Positions 45,860 to 53,482 of a stretch of 56,904 nt of DNA are shown piece after piece; the first letter of the stretch is position 1; every line of letters starts with the position of its first letter. A program made the position numbers and the translations under genes. Source of the stretch: an uncultured Candidatus Bathyarchaeia archaeon (GTDB taxonomy: Archaea; Thermoproteota; Bathyarchaeia; Bathyarchaeales; SOJC01); assembly GCA_964544285.1 (NCBI GenBank), contig CAZJAQ010000001.1, positions 45,640 to 102,543 on the forward strand, written 5' to 3'. The notes under the pieces are model-generated. The model saw nothing but the letters and a program-made list of their open reading frames with translations, was not told the DNA's origin and made no database searches.

Positions 45860-47380
45860 ATGAGCAGCGAACCGATCGAGAGGCGAGTAGCCTACGTGGG
45901 CGACAGACTGCGTGGCAGCCGCTGCACCCTCTGTGGAAAAGAATACTTCAAACCGAAGGACTACTGCGGTGCTTGCGGAAGAGAAAGCTTCGGGAAAATG
46001 GAAAACATCGATTTCTTCTACGATGAAGGGACTCTGGAAGCCTGCACTCTCGTCAACGAGCCTACAAACAAATTCACAAAATTGGGGCCCTACATCTACG
46101 GAATAGTTTCCTTTCACAACAACAAAGTGCGTTTTCCAGGACGCCTAACCGATTTTATGATAAGAGAAAACGAAATCAGCCTTGACGATTTGGAAGGCAG
46201 AAGGGTTGTTCCTCGGTTTAGAAGAAGGCATGCGGTAGAACCCAGCGAAATCGTGCCAACGATCTCCTTGGCGTTTTCTTTCGCCGACGAATACTACCCC
46301 TACCAGGAGTATGGAATCGTTGAACCTTCGAAGGAGTATGAAAAGCCTGGAATAGTGGGGTATGGGGTCTATTCGTCTAAGTTCAGATTCAAAGAAGGGC
46401 GGATTGAGCGTTCTGTTCCCTTCTTAGACGAGGACGCTATCACAGCGGCTGTTGAGGCTGGAAAAATGGCGCTCATCCACTCTGGCGTCGATAATAGATC
46501 GGTTGGCAAAGTTTACGTGGGGTCGGAGTCAAACCCTTACGCTGTAAAGCCCATTGCTTCTAAAGTGGCGCAAGTGCTTAAGCTTGGCGAAGAGTGTCAA
46601 GCGGAAGGCGTCCAATGCGTAGACGCGATAGATACAGAATTTGCCTGTAAGGCGGCAACTAGCATGTTCAAAGACGCCGCCTCCCTCGTGTATTACCCAG
46701 ACTCGCAAGAATCTTACACCATGGTAATCGGCACTGATAACTCTCAGTCTGCTCCAAGGGGTGAGCCTGGAGGTGAGTTGGACCTTTTCGTGGGCTATGG
46801 CGGCTGCGCCTTCATCTTCGGCAAGTACGATGTAATAGCCCAGTTTGAAGGCTGGTGCTCTATGACGTCAGACACTCCGGACTTTTGGAGAAGAGATACA
46901 CAGCCCTACCCGAGCCATGGAGGCAGGTTCACTGGCGAACCCGCCTACTTTAAACATGTGACGAAAGCTGTCCAAAGGCTTATGGAACGCTTGAGGCTTC
47001 AGCCCAGTGATGTGAACTACTTTGTTGCGCATCAACCTAACGCTGCCTTCCCCACCCGTGTTGCGAAGGCATTAGGCTTCAAAGAAGAGCAATTTCTTCC
47101 GGGTCTTCAGGTTTCGAAATTCGGGAATACTTATTCGGGTTGTTCGCCCATCGGTTTAGCCGCCGTTCTCGACGTAGCAAAGCCTGATGAAAGAATCTTG
47201 GTGGGAAGCTATGGCTCAGGCGCTGGAAGCGACGCTTACTCTTTCATTACCACCAGTCAGTTACTAGACAATAGACCCAGACAAAAATTCACGATAAAAC
47301 ATCAAGCTGAAAATGGGTTTATAAACTACGTAGACTATGCCACCTACAGAAGATTCAAACAAGGAATGCACACAACTTGA
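45860..47380 (+). CDS. DUF35 (zinc ribbon + OB fold) fused to hydroxymethylglutaryl-CoA synthase
   Basis: N-terminal part: CTLCGKEYFKPKDYCGACG plus an OB-like segment. C-terminal part: GSESNPYAVKP (Glu), EFACKAAT (Cys), TPDFWRR, GGRFTGEPAYFKHV, AHQPN (His), GNTYSG. The ATG is 1 nt after the preceding stop. Confidence 0.85.
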   Translation: MSSEPIERRVAYVGDRLRGSRCTLCGKEYFKPKDYCGACGRESFGKMENIDFFYDEGTLEACTLVNEPTNKFTKLGPYIYGIVSFHNNKVRFPGRLTDFMIRENEISLDDLEGRRVVPRFRRRHAVEPSEIVPTISLAFSFADEYYPYQEYGIVEPSKEYEKPGIVGYGVYSSKFRFKEGRIERSVPFLDEDAITAAVEAGKMALIHSGVDNRSVGKVYVGSESNPYAVKPIASKVAQVLKLGEECQAEGVQCVDAIDTEFACKAATSMFKDAASLVYYPDSQESYTMVIGTDNSQSAPRGEPGGELDLFVGYGGCAFIFGKYDVIAQFEGWCSMTSDTPDFWRRDTQPYPSHGGRFTGEPAYFKHVTKAVQRLMERLRLQPSDVNYFVAHQPNAAFPTRVAKALGFKEEQFLPGLQVSKFGNTYSGCSPIGLAAVLDVAKPDERILVGSYGSGAGSDAYSFITTSQLLDNRPRQKFTIKHQAENGFINYVDYATYRRFKQGMHTT

Positions 47381-48558
47381 CGATAAAAGAGACTCCGCCC
47401 GTCGAAGAGGAGGAGAAAAAGCAGCCATGGCTGTTTGCGAAATGGGTAGTAGGAGTACTCTACTCGCCGATGAAGACGTTTGAAGAGATAGTGAAGAAGC
47501 CCAGCATTAAAGGTCCAATCTTAATCTTATTGCTAACCTTGCCCTTCACTGTAGGGGTACAGTACACGAGCGGGGCAAGATTTTTCTTAGAGACGCCGAC
47601 GCCTGAGAATGATTTGTGGACAGAAAAACCATCAGACACTTTGTTTTTGTGGGGGTCTAATGGTAACATAACCTTTGACAGTGCTGATTACGTTTCAGGC
47701 AATTATAGCGTTTCAGCTTCTTTGACTAATAGCTCCCTAGTCTGGCTGCAGTTAACAAACATAGGAAGCTTCAACTGTTCTGAAGAAGAATACACGCGAT
47801 TATCCTTCAGCATTAAATGGGTTCAAGGAGCAAACGCCGTTCCAGCCACAACCCTGCAGCTCTTCTCATTAAACAATGAAAGTAACCGATTCGAACTAGA
47901 TTTAGGAGATGTTGTAGCCAACAGCACTGGCGTCTGGGCAAACGTGAGTGTTAACCTCGCCACCGACGAGTGGACACAGGTTAACTCGCCAAGTTGGGAA
48001 AACATAACTGGAATAGGCTTTCGATTGGCATGGGATAATCCCTCAACGCTTGTCGTAAAAATTGATGGTTTATTCTTTGGCAAGTATCTTCTTTTTTCCT
48101 CTCTAAGCGTCTTCGGCCTACAGCTCGTATATTCGCTTATGCAGAGCATCTTTGATTTCTTGCTGGAATGGCTGATTCTCTCGGGGATACTCTGGTTAGC
48201 TTTGAAGAGTTTCTCAGGTTGGAAAGGAGTCTGGAAAGATTTGGTGTCTATTTTTGGGTACATTTACTCAGCGTACGCAGTTTATCTGGGAGTTCTTGCA
48301 CTGCTATTTCTCTTTCTACCCCCCATCTTCCTTCCCTACAACGTTACCTACTTAGAGTACGTTGATGTTTACGAGAGCAGTTGGGGGATACCGATTTCAA
48401 TCTTAAGATTGCTTGCTTATGGATGGGCTTCCATTCTATGCACGGTTGCTTTGAAGAAAATGACTGAGCTTTCGTGGAGCAAGGCTTTCATAATTGGGTT
48501 TGTAGCTGTTGTGATAAGCTTGCTGTTCAGTTCCTTACTGCTCAGTGTGTTCGTCTAA
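47377..48558 (+). CDS. Yip1-domain membrane protein with a large extracytoplasmic insert
   Basis: …VLYSPMKTFEEIVKKPSIKGPILILL… is a Yip1-type N-terminus. It is followed by an ~170-aa sequon-rich loop, then 4-5 TM helices. The TTG start overlaps the HMGCS stop. Confidence 0.6.
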   Translation: MTIKETPPVEEEEKKQPWLFAKWVVGVLYSPMKTFEEIVKKPSIKGPILILLLTLPFTVGVQYTSGARFFLETPTPENDLWTEKPSDTLFLWGSNGNITFDSADYVSGNYSVSASLTNSSLVWLQLTNIGSFNCSEEEYTRLSFSIKWVQGANAVPATTLQLFSLNNESNRFELDLGDVVANSTGVWANVSVNLATDEWTQVNSPSWENITGIGFRLAWDNPSTLVVKIDGLFFGKYLLFSSLSVFGLQLVYSLMQSIFDFLLEWLILSGILWLALKSFSGWKGVWKDLVSIFGYIYSAYAVYLGVLALLFLFLPPIFLPYNVTYLEYVDVYESSWGIPISILRLLAYGWASILCTVALKKMTELSWSKAFIIGFVAVVISLLFSSLLLSVFV

Positions 48559-48963
48559 GCTCGTTAGCGTGGAGAAGTCGCAGGAGGGAAGAGTGCATAG
48601 TTTGCATTCTTTAACATTCAGTGTGGGATTGGCGCGTTTGCATAGCTTGCACATAAGGCGTTTTCTCCGCACGAGTTTGCACGTGACGCATATTTGATGC
48701 CCAAGTTCTGTTTTATCTAGGCTTCCGTCGGCTAGTGAGGCGGCAGTTTTGGCGATTAAGGATTGGGCTTCTTTTTCCTTTTCTATCGAGAGACCTTTCC
48801 CTCTCACGTGATGGGTGTATTTGCTTACTGCTGTTTGGGTTATTCCTAGCAGGAAAGCTGCTTCTGTCTGTTTCATTCTGTGAGTTTCGATTAGTTCTTT
48901 TGCGAGGAGGGCGCGGATCGCTGGGACCACTGATTTTACTGCGACTTCGCACGGTAGTTTCAT
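48535..48963 (-). CDS. HTH transcriptional regulator with C-terminal Cys-rich (zinc) region (COG2522-like)
   Basis: MKLPCEVAVKSVVPAIRALLAKEL…MKQTEAAFLLGITQTAVSKY is the HTH. CVTCK…CKLCK…CKLC is the Cys-rich tail. I prefer ATG 48963 (GGAG SD, TATA at 49000-49008) over the track start at 49017. Confidence 0.7.
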   Translation of the reverse strand: MKLPCEVAVKSVVPAIRALLAKELIETHRMKQTEAAFLLGITQTAVSKYTHHVRGKGLSIEKEKEAQSLIAKTAASLADGSLDKTELGHQICVTCKLVRRKRLMCKLCKRANPTLNVKECKLCTLPSCDFSTLTSLDEHTEQ

Positions 48964-48999
48964 GGCTTCTGCTCCGTCATGTGTTGTGTGGGGAAAAGG

Positions 49000-49008
49000 T
49001 ATATAAGC
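49000..49008 (-). promoter_or_regulatory. TATA box (CTTATATAC on the minus strand) for the HTH/zinc regulator
   Basis: 37-45 nt upstream of ATG 48963 and directly abutting palindrome 1. Confidence 0.45.
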
Positions 49009-49042
49009 ATGACGCATGTCATATTATTATGACGTGTGTCAT
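49009..49042. promoter_or_regulatory. two tandem 14-bp palindromic operator-like sites (ATGACGCATGTCAT and ATGACGTGTGTCAT)
   Basis: Sites at 49009-49022 and 49029-49042, 20 bp centre to centre. They lie in the divergent promoter region between two regulator genes. A third copy is at 56769-56782. Confidence 0.6.
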
Positions 49043-49200
49043 AGAAACGATGGAGGACACTGGTTTTGAAAAGAAACTCTTCTCCTTTCTCCCCTCTGAA
49101 GAACAGTCGTAACGATGACCGAGTTTCCGTGACACACGGTTTACTTAAAGAGCGGGCAGAGAGCCGAGCTTGTCGGGACTCACTGTGGTTGTCGAAGAAG

Positions 49201-50064
49201 ATGGTTGATGACGGTTGCACTCTTGGACAGGCACTACAAGTGATGGAAGAACGCTGCAAGGGTTGCAGCGTTGTTTCGCCGATGCTTTGTGTGGAGCAAT
49301 GTGAGACTTGGAAGGTGAAGAAGGAGCTTCGGGAGACCACTAGAATACTTTCAGAAGCCCATCATGGGCTTGACTTGCTGAATGCGGTGAAGAACAAGAG
49401 GAGGCTGACGATTCTCGACATTCTTTGGAAAGGCATGCTTTCTTTCGATGATTTGCAGAGCAGGCTGAGGAAAATGGGGTTCTCTTACAGTCAGGGGACG
49501 ATTGGCGAATACTTGAAGCCGCTGCTTCAGGCTGGTTTGGTGAAGGAAAATGGCAACAGGTTTGGGCTCACGTTGTACGGCAGGAAGGTTCACGACGCTA
49601 TGATTAAACATGGTTTTGCAGGGTGGCTGCCGATTCATTCAGAAGGCTATGAGGAAAGAATACTCAGAAGCCTATTGGACGGTGCGAAGACACGTGGCGA
49701 GCTGCTTGAGGTTGCTCCTGCGAAGAGTTTGTCGAGGACGTTGAGGCGTCTGATAGAACGCAAGCTGATCGTGAACGATTCGGTTCCTGACCGTGTTTTC
49801 TACTTCCGCACTAAGAGGGCGTTGTCGATGGAGAGGTTGTCTCCGACGCAGAAGAGGGTCTGTGAGGCGATCCCGCAAGGCGGCATTTCTGCCCGAGATC
49901 TATCTAGAGCTGCTGGGGTTAATTTGCGTAGGACGTATAAGTATTTGCGGGGTTTGCGGGGGAGGAAGTTGGTGTTTAGGCGGGATGTGCCGGTGAAGTT
50001 TGAGTTGACGGAGCGGGGTAGGTCTGTGGCTGAGTTTTTGGACGAAGTCGCAGCTATAGAGTAA
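49201..50064 (+). CDS. multi-winged-helix transcriptional regulator with N-terminal Cys cluster
   Basis: C-x12-C-x2-C-x7-C-x3-C cluster, then three ArsR/MarR-like wHTH units (RRLTILDILWKG…, ERILRSLLDG…, QKRVCEAIPQGGISARDL…). The in-frame TTG at 49066 is an alternative start. Confidence 0.65.
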   Translation: MVDDGCTLGQALQVMEERCKGCSVVSPMLCVEQCETWKVKKELRETTRILSEAHHGLDLLNAVKNKRRLTILDILWKGMLSFDDLQSRLRKMGFSYSQGTIGEYLKPLLQAGLVKENGNRFGLTLYGRKVHDAMIKHGFAGWLPIHSEGYEERILRSLLDGAKTRGELLEVAPAKSLSRTLRRLIERKLIVNDSVPDRVFYFRTKRALSMERLSPTQKRVCEAIPQGGISARDLSRAAGVNLRRTYKYLRGLRGRKLVFRRDVPVKFELTERGRSVAEFLDEVAAIE

Positions 50065-50076
50065 GCGTTTTTGCGT

Positions 50077-50108
50077 TCTGCGCTTAGTCTAGACCGTCCT
50101 AATAGGCT
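50077..50108. repeat. 32-nt repeat copy 2 (inverted relative to 11547..11578)
   Basis: The + strand reads TCTGCGCTTAGTCTAGACCGTCCTAATAGGCT. Its reverse complement differs from copy 1 at 2 positions. It lies between convergent gene ends. Confidence 0.8.
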
Positions 50109-50144
50109 GCAAATGTGATAGCGAGTAGAAAGCTCAACCTCTCT

Positions 50145-50303
50145 CTAGAAGTCAATGATCTTAACTTTCTCGATTTTTTCGCACCATGGAATTATCAGAT
50201 GTTCTTCTAGGAACTTCCTCGAAATCTCTCTCTCAATTTTCTCTGGTTTTTCGTCTGTGGACTCCGGCACGAGTGAAGCTTCGATTATTACCTTTCTAGC
50301 CAT
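50145..50303 (-). CDS. small hypothetical protein (52 aa), below the ORF-track size cutoff
   Basis: Hand translation gives MARKVIIEASLVPESTDEKPEKIEREISRKFLEEHLIIPWCEKIEKVKIIDF. The ATG is preceded by GAGGAG. The + strand ORF 50155..50346 is not protein-like. Confidence 0.5.
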   Translation of the reverse strand: MARKVIIEASLVPESTDEKPEKIEREISRKFLEEHLIIPWCEKIEKVKIIDF

Positions 50304-50449
50304 TTGTTTCTCCTCAAGTATAGAAGCTCTAAATAATCTCTATTAATCATTTATCGATGATTCGAAGTCCGAATCTGAATCTAAAAATCTTTACAGGAAA
50401 TCTAAATTACTAAGATTGAAATAGTTCCCTAGCTGTAGGATGGTCTTAG

Positions 50450-51106
50450 ATGAACCTGAAGATGTTGACTGTGGGTTCGTTGTTCACCAACTGCTACGCG
50501 GTCTGGTGCAGCAAAACTAGAGAAGCAATAGTGATAGACCCTGGATTCGACCGTCAAGGAGAGGCTGAAGAGGTTTTAGGAGTATTGAAAGAGAACGGGT
50601 TGAAGGCGAAGTTCATAGTCGACACGCATGGTCACCCTGACCACACGTGTGGCAATGGAACTGTTAAAGAAGCCACGGGTGCGCCTATCCTGATTCATGA
50701 GAGGGATGCGGACATGCTGAGCGAGCAGGGGGAAAGGCTTGCGGCATTGTTCGGCTTCCTAGTCAACTCGCCCGTGGCCGACGGACTTTTAAAGGACGGC
50801 GATACGGTGAAGTTTGGCCAGGTTGTTTTACGGGTTTTGCACACGCCGGGGCACAGTCCAGGAAGCGTTTCACTCGTCGGTGCTGACTGTGTTTTTACTG
50901 GCGACACATTGTTTGCTGGTTCCATCGGTCGCGTGGACTTGCCCGGCGGCTCGGGGAAGGAGATGATGCAGTCTCTTCTGGAGAAGTTGGCTCTTTTGCC
51001 TGACCGGTTTGTCGTGTATCCTGGTCATGGACCGAAGTCGACTATTGGAGAGGAGAAACGGAGTAACCCGTTTTTGCAGAAGGATTTTGATGTCTCACTC
51101 TTGTAG
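50450..51106 (+). CDS. MBL-fold metallo-hydrolase (glyoxalase II-like)
   Basis: DTHGHPDH metal motif, HTPGHSPG and a GD…D pattern. Confidence 0.85.
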   Translation: MNLKMLTVGSLFTNCYAVWCSKTREAIVIDPGFDRQGEAEEVLGVLKENGLKAKFIVDTHGHPDHTCGNGTVKEATGAPILIHERDADMLSEQGERLAALFGFLVNSPVADGLLKDGDTVKFGQVVLRVLHTPGHSPGSVSLVGADCVFTGDTLFAGSIGRVDLPGGSGKEMMQSLLEKLALLPDRFVVYPGHGPKSTIGEEKRSNPFLQKDFDVSLL

Positions 51107-51157
51107 CGTTGATTCTCTAAGCTATTCTATATGCTTTCAAATAGAGGCAGATAGCCT

Positions 51158-52405
51158 CTATTCGGCGTGAAGACTTGTTGAAGTTTCTCCCATCTTTTCT
51201 ACGTTCTTAACATCTGTGAAGAACCATGAGAATGTTAGTACCAGTATTCCAGCTACACTGCAGCCCAAGAAGAGGTCGGCTGTTCTTGTAAACTCCACCA
51301 TTACTCCTGAGAGGATCATGCCGATGGGCTGCGCACCAGAAGCCAACGCCATGACAACCGAGTTTACTCTCCCCTGCATTTTCAGCGGAACGACTGTTTG
51401 GAATATCGTCTGAGTTAACACGTTTGCCACTGGGACGCAGAAAGCCATGATTAGGGCGCTGATTGCCATGAACCAGAACAACCCTGCGGGGGTAAGGGCT
51501 ACGAGAGCGTATCCTATGAAGATGACGTATATTGAAGCCGTGGTTGCAATCATCTTCTTGTTGAACCCTTTAATCAGTGACATCAGCAGTCCTCCGCCGA
51601 GTATTCCCCCTTCGAAAGACGCCGAGACCAAGGCATAGTCTGCGGCTTCTCCGAAATGGTCGAACCTTATGAAGTAGGGAACAAGAGTTGACAAGGGTGT
51701 GAGCAAGAAGTTCAGCGCAGTTGCTAGCGTCAACAGAGGTAAGAAGCCTCTTGAACGTCTGATGAAGGCAAAACCTTCCATAAAATCTTCCTTAAAAGAT
51801 GATTTGTCCTCTTTCATCCTGACCGAAGGTATTTTTATCATCAGAAGGGGGGTCAGCGCTACGATGAAAGTAGCGACGTCAACCCAGAGAATTTGATGAA
51901 TTGTCCAGAACCCCAGTAACAGAGCTGCGACTATGGGTCCGGTTAAGTTTACTGCTCCCGAGAAAAGATAGTTAAGCCCGTTCATGCGGCTCAGTTTCTC
52001 CTTAGGGATCATCAATGGCGTGATGGCTGCGACTGCGGGACTGTGAAAGGCTTGGAAAATCCCTCGTAGGGTAAGTAACACCAAGACTTGCCATACTGCA
52101 ACATTTCCCAGCCAAAACAGAAAAACGAGCACGATCGTAGCCAAGGCTTGCAGCAAGTCTACTATTCCGATTAGCATTCTTCGGCTCCAGCGATCCACGA
52201 GGACGCCTGTGAAGGGAGCGAGAACTATCATGGGCGCTAAACCCAAGAGAGAGGCAAGCGACAAGTATAGCGCGCTTTCTGTTTCTAGAGTTATCCACCA
52301 AATAATCACGAACTGTGCGATGGACGACCCCAGCAGCGACACTAACTGTCCCGACCAGAAGAACAGATAGCTTCTGAACGTTGCTTCGTTCGCCTGCATA
52401 CCCAT
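51158..52405 (-). CDS. MFS transporter (EntS/MFS_3-like)
   Basis: 12 TM helices. FRSYLFFWSGQLVSLLGSSI… and VDRWSRR are typical of the enterobactin-exporter-like MFS subfamily. Confidence 0.8.
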   Translation of the reverse strand: MGMQANEATFRSYLFFWSGQLVSLLGSSIAQFVIIWWITLETESALYLSLASLLGLAPMIVLAPFTGVLVDRWSRRMLIGIVDLLQALATIVLVFLFWLGNVAVWQVLVLLTLRGIFQAFHSPAVAAITPLMIPKEKLSRMNGLNYLFSGAVNLTGPIVAALLLGFWTIHQILWVDVATFIVALTPLLMIKIPSVRMKEDKSSFKEDFMEGFAFIRRSRGFLPLLTLATALNFLLTPLSTLVPYFIRFDHFGEAADYALVSASFEGGILGGGLLMSLIKGFNKKMIATTASIYVIFIGYALVALTPAGLFWFMAISALIMAFCVPVANVLTQTIFQTVVPLKMQGRVNSVVMALASGAQPIGMILSGVMVEFTRTADLFLGCSVAGILVLTFSWFFTDVKNVEKMGETSTSLHAE

Positions 52406-52545
52406 GCGTCCTTCTTCCTTTCCTAAAAACGTTAGGGATTGGGCATTTTAGTTAAGCGTTCTGGAAAGAAGTGTCCAGTTCTTTGGGCAGAGAAATATTA
52501 ATAGCATTGTAATGAGATATCTGGGATGCGAAAAGGGATTACTAT

Positions 52546-53127
52546 TTGGGTTTAAGCGGGTTATCTAGGCTAAGAAGTAGAGAAGTTGGTCCCATTCTTC
52601 GCAGGTTTTTCACGAATACGCTGTTCGACTCCACTTTCACCTTGTTGGGCATTCTAATCGGGTCTGGTTTTACTTCTAACCCAAATCTGCGTTTAATCAT
52701 AAGCACTATGGTGGCCACGAGCATTGCGCTGGGAATCTCCACAGGAGTAAGTGTCTACGAGTCTGAAACTCTCGAACGGGAGAAACGGGTCTTGGAGCTG
52801 GAGAAAGCACTTTTCAGAGAATTAGAGAACACAACAATCACAGAAAATCATAAGATCTCAGCGATCATAATATCTGTCGTCAACTTTTTAACACCTCTCA
52901 TGTGCTGCGCCATCGTTGTCACTCCGCTTGTTGTGGCAGCGTTCACGCTTCTTGATATAGCCATTGCTTCTTGGATTTCCACAATTCTAGCCATGAGCAT
53001 TCTCTTTGTCTCTGGAACCTACTTTGGAAGACACGGCAGAAGAAACCCCCTCATAAAGGGAATAAGAATGGTAGTATTCGGAATGGTAGCCTTCGCCCTA
53101 GGCTTCTTGATTCACGCCTTAATCTAA
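52546..53127 (+). CDS. divergent VIT1/CCC1-like membrane protein
   Basis: TM1, a Glu-rich helix (YESETLEREKRVLELEKALFRELE) and 3-4 TM helices, mirroring VIT topology. TTG start. Confidence 0.55.
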   Translation: MGLSGLSRLRSREVGPILRRFFTNTLFDSTFTLLGILIGSGFTSNPNLRLIISTMVATSIALGISTGVSVYESETLEREKRVLELEKALFRELENTTITENHKISAIIISVVNFLTPLMCCAIVVTPLVVAAFTLLDIAIASWISTILAMSILFVSGTYFGRHGRRNPLIKGIRMVVFGMVAFALGFLIHALI

Positions 53128-53438
53128 GGCTTTCTACCGAAAATACTATGCTTCTGAGAAGGAGAAGCCTTGGCATTTTCTGTTTTACTCACGCTAATTT
53201 CATCTACTCCTCTGATTGAAACCCCATATTTTTCCATGACTTTAGAAACTGCATCATACTCAATCTGCGGACCCTTAATGGTGAGTTTGATGGTTTCTGT
53301 TCTATGATCGACTTCACTCACTACTATGTCCACCTCCTCGACACCGCCTACTGCACCCATAGCCTTCGCCAATTCGATTATAGAAGTTTCACGGGGTTTA
53401 AGCGCATCCATCAAAAGGCGTCTAATCGAAACACTCAT
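53124..53438 (-). CDS. DUF211 family protein
   Basis: IRRLLMDALKPRETSIIELAKAMGAVGGVEEVDIVVSEVDHRTETIKLTIKG…IRGVDEISV matches the DUF211 pattern. Confidence 0.8.
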   Translation of the reverse strand: MSVSIRRLLMDALKPRETSIIELAKAMGAVGGVEEVDIVVSEVDHRTETIKLTIKGPQIEYDAVSKVMEKYGVSIRGVDEISVSKTENAKASPSQKHSIFGRKP

Positions 53439-53482
53439 GAAACATCGCCTATAGTATAAGTATTTTTGCTTTAAACTTTTGC

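Noticed and set aside
11547-50108. The idea that the 32-nt repeats are att sites or terminal repeats of an integrated mobile element.
   Set aside because: The repeats are inverted rather than direct. No integrase or transposase is present, and the enclosed 38.5 kb carries core genes (proS, thrS, rps26e, glycolysis, mevalonate pathway).
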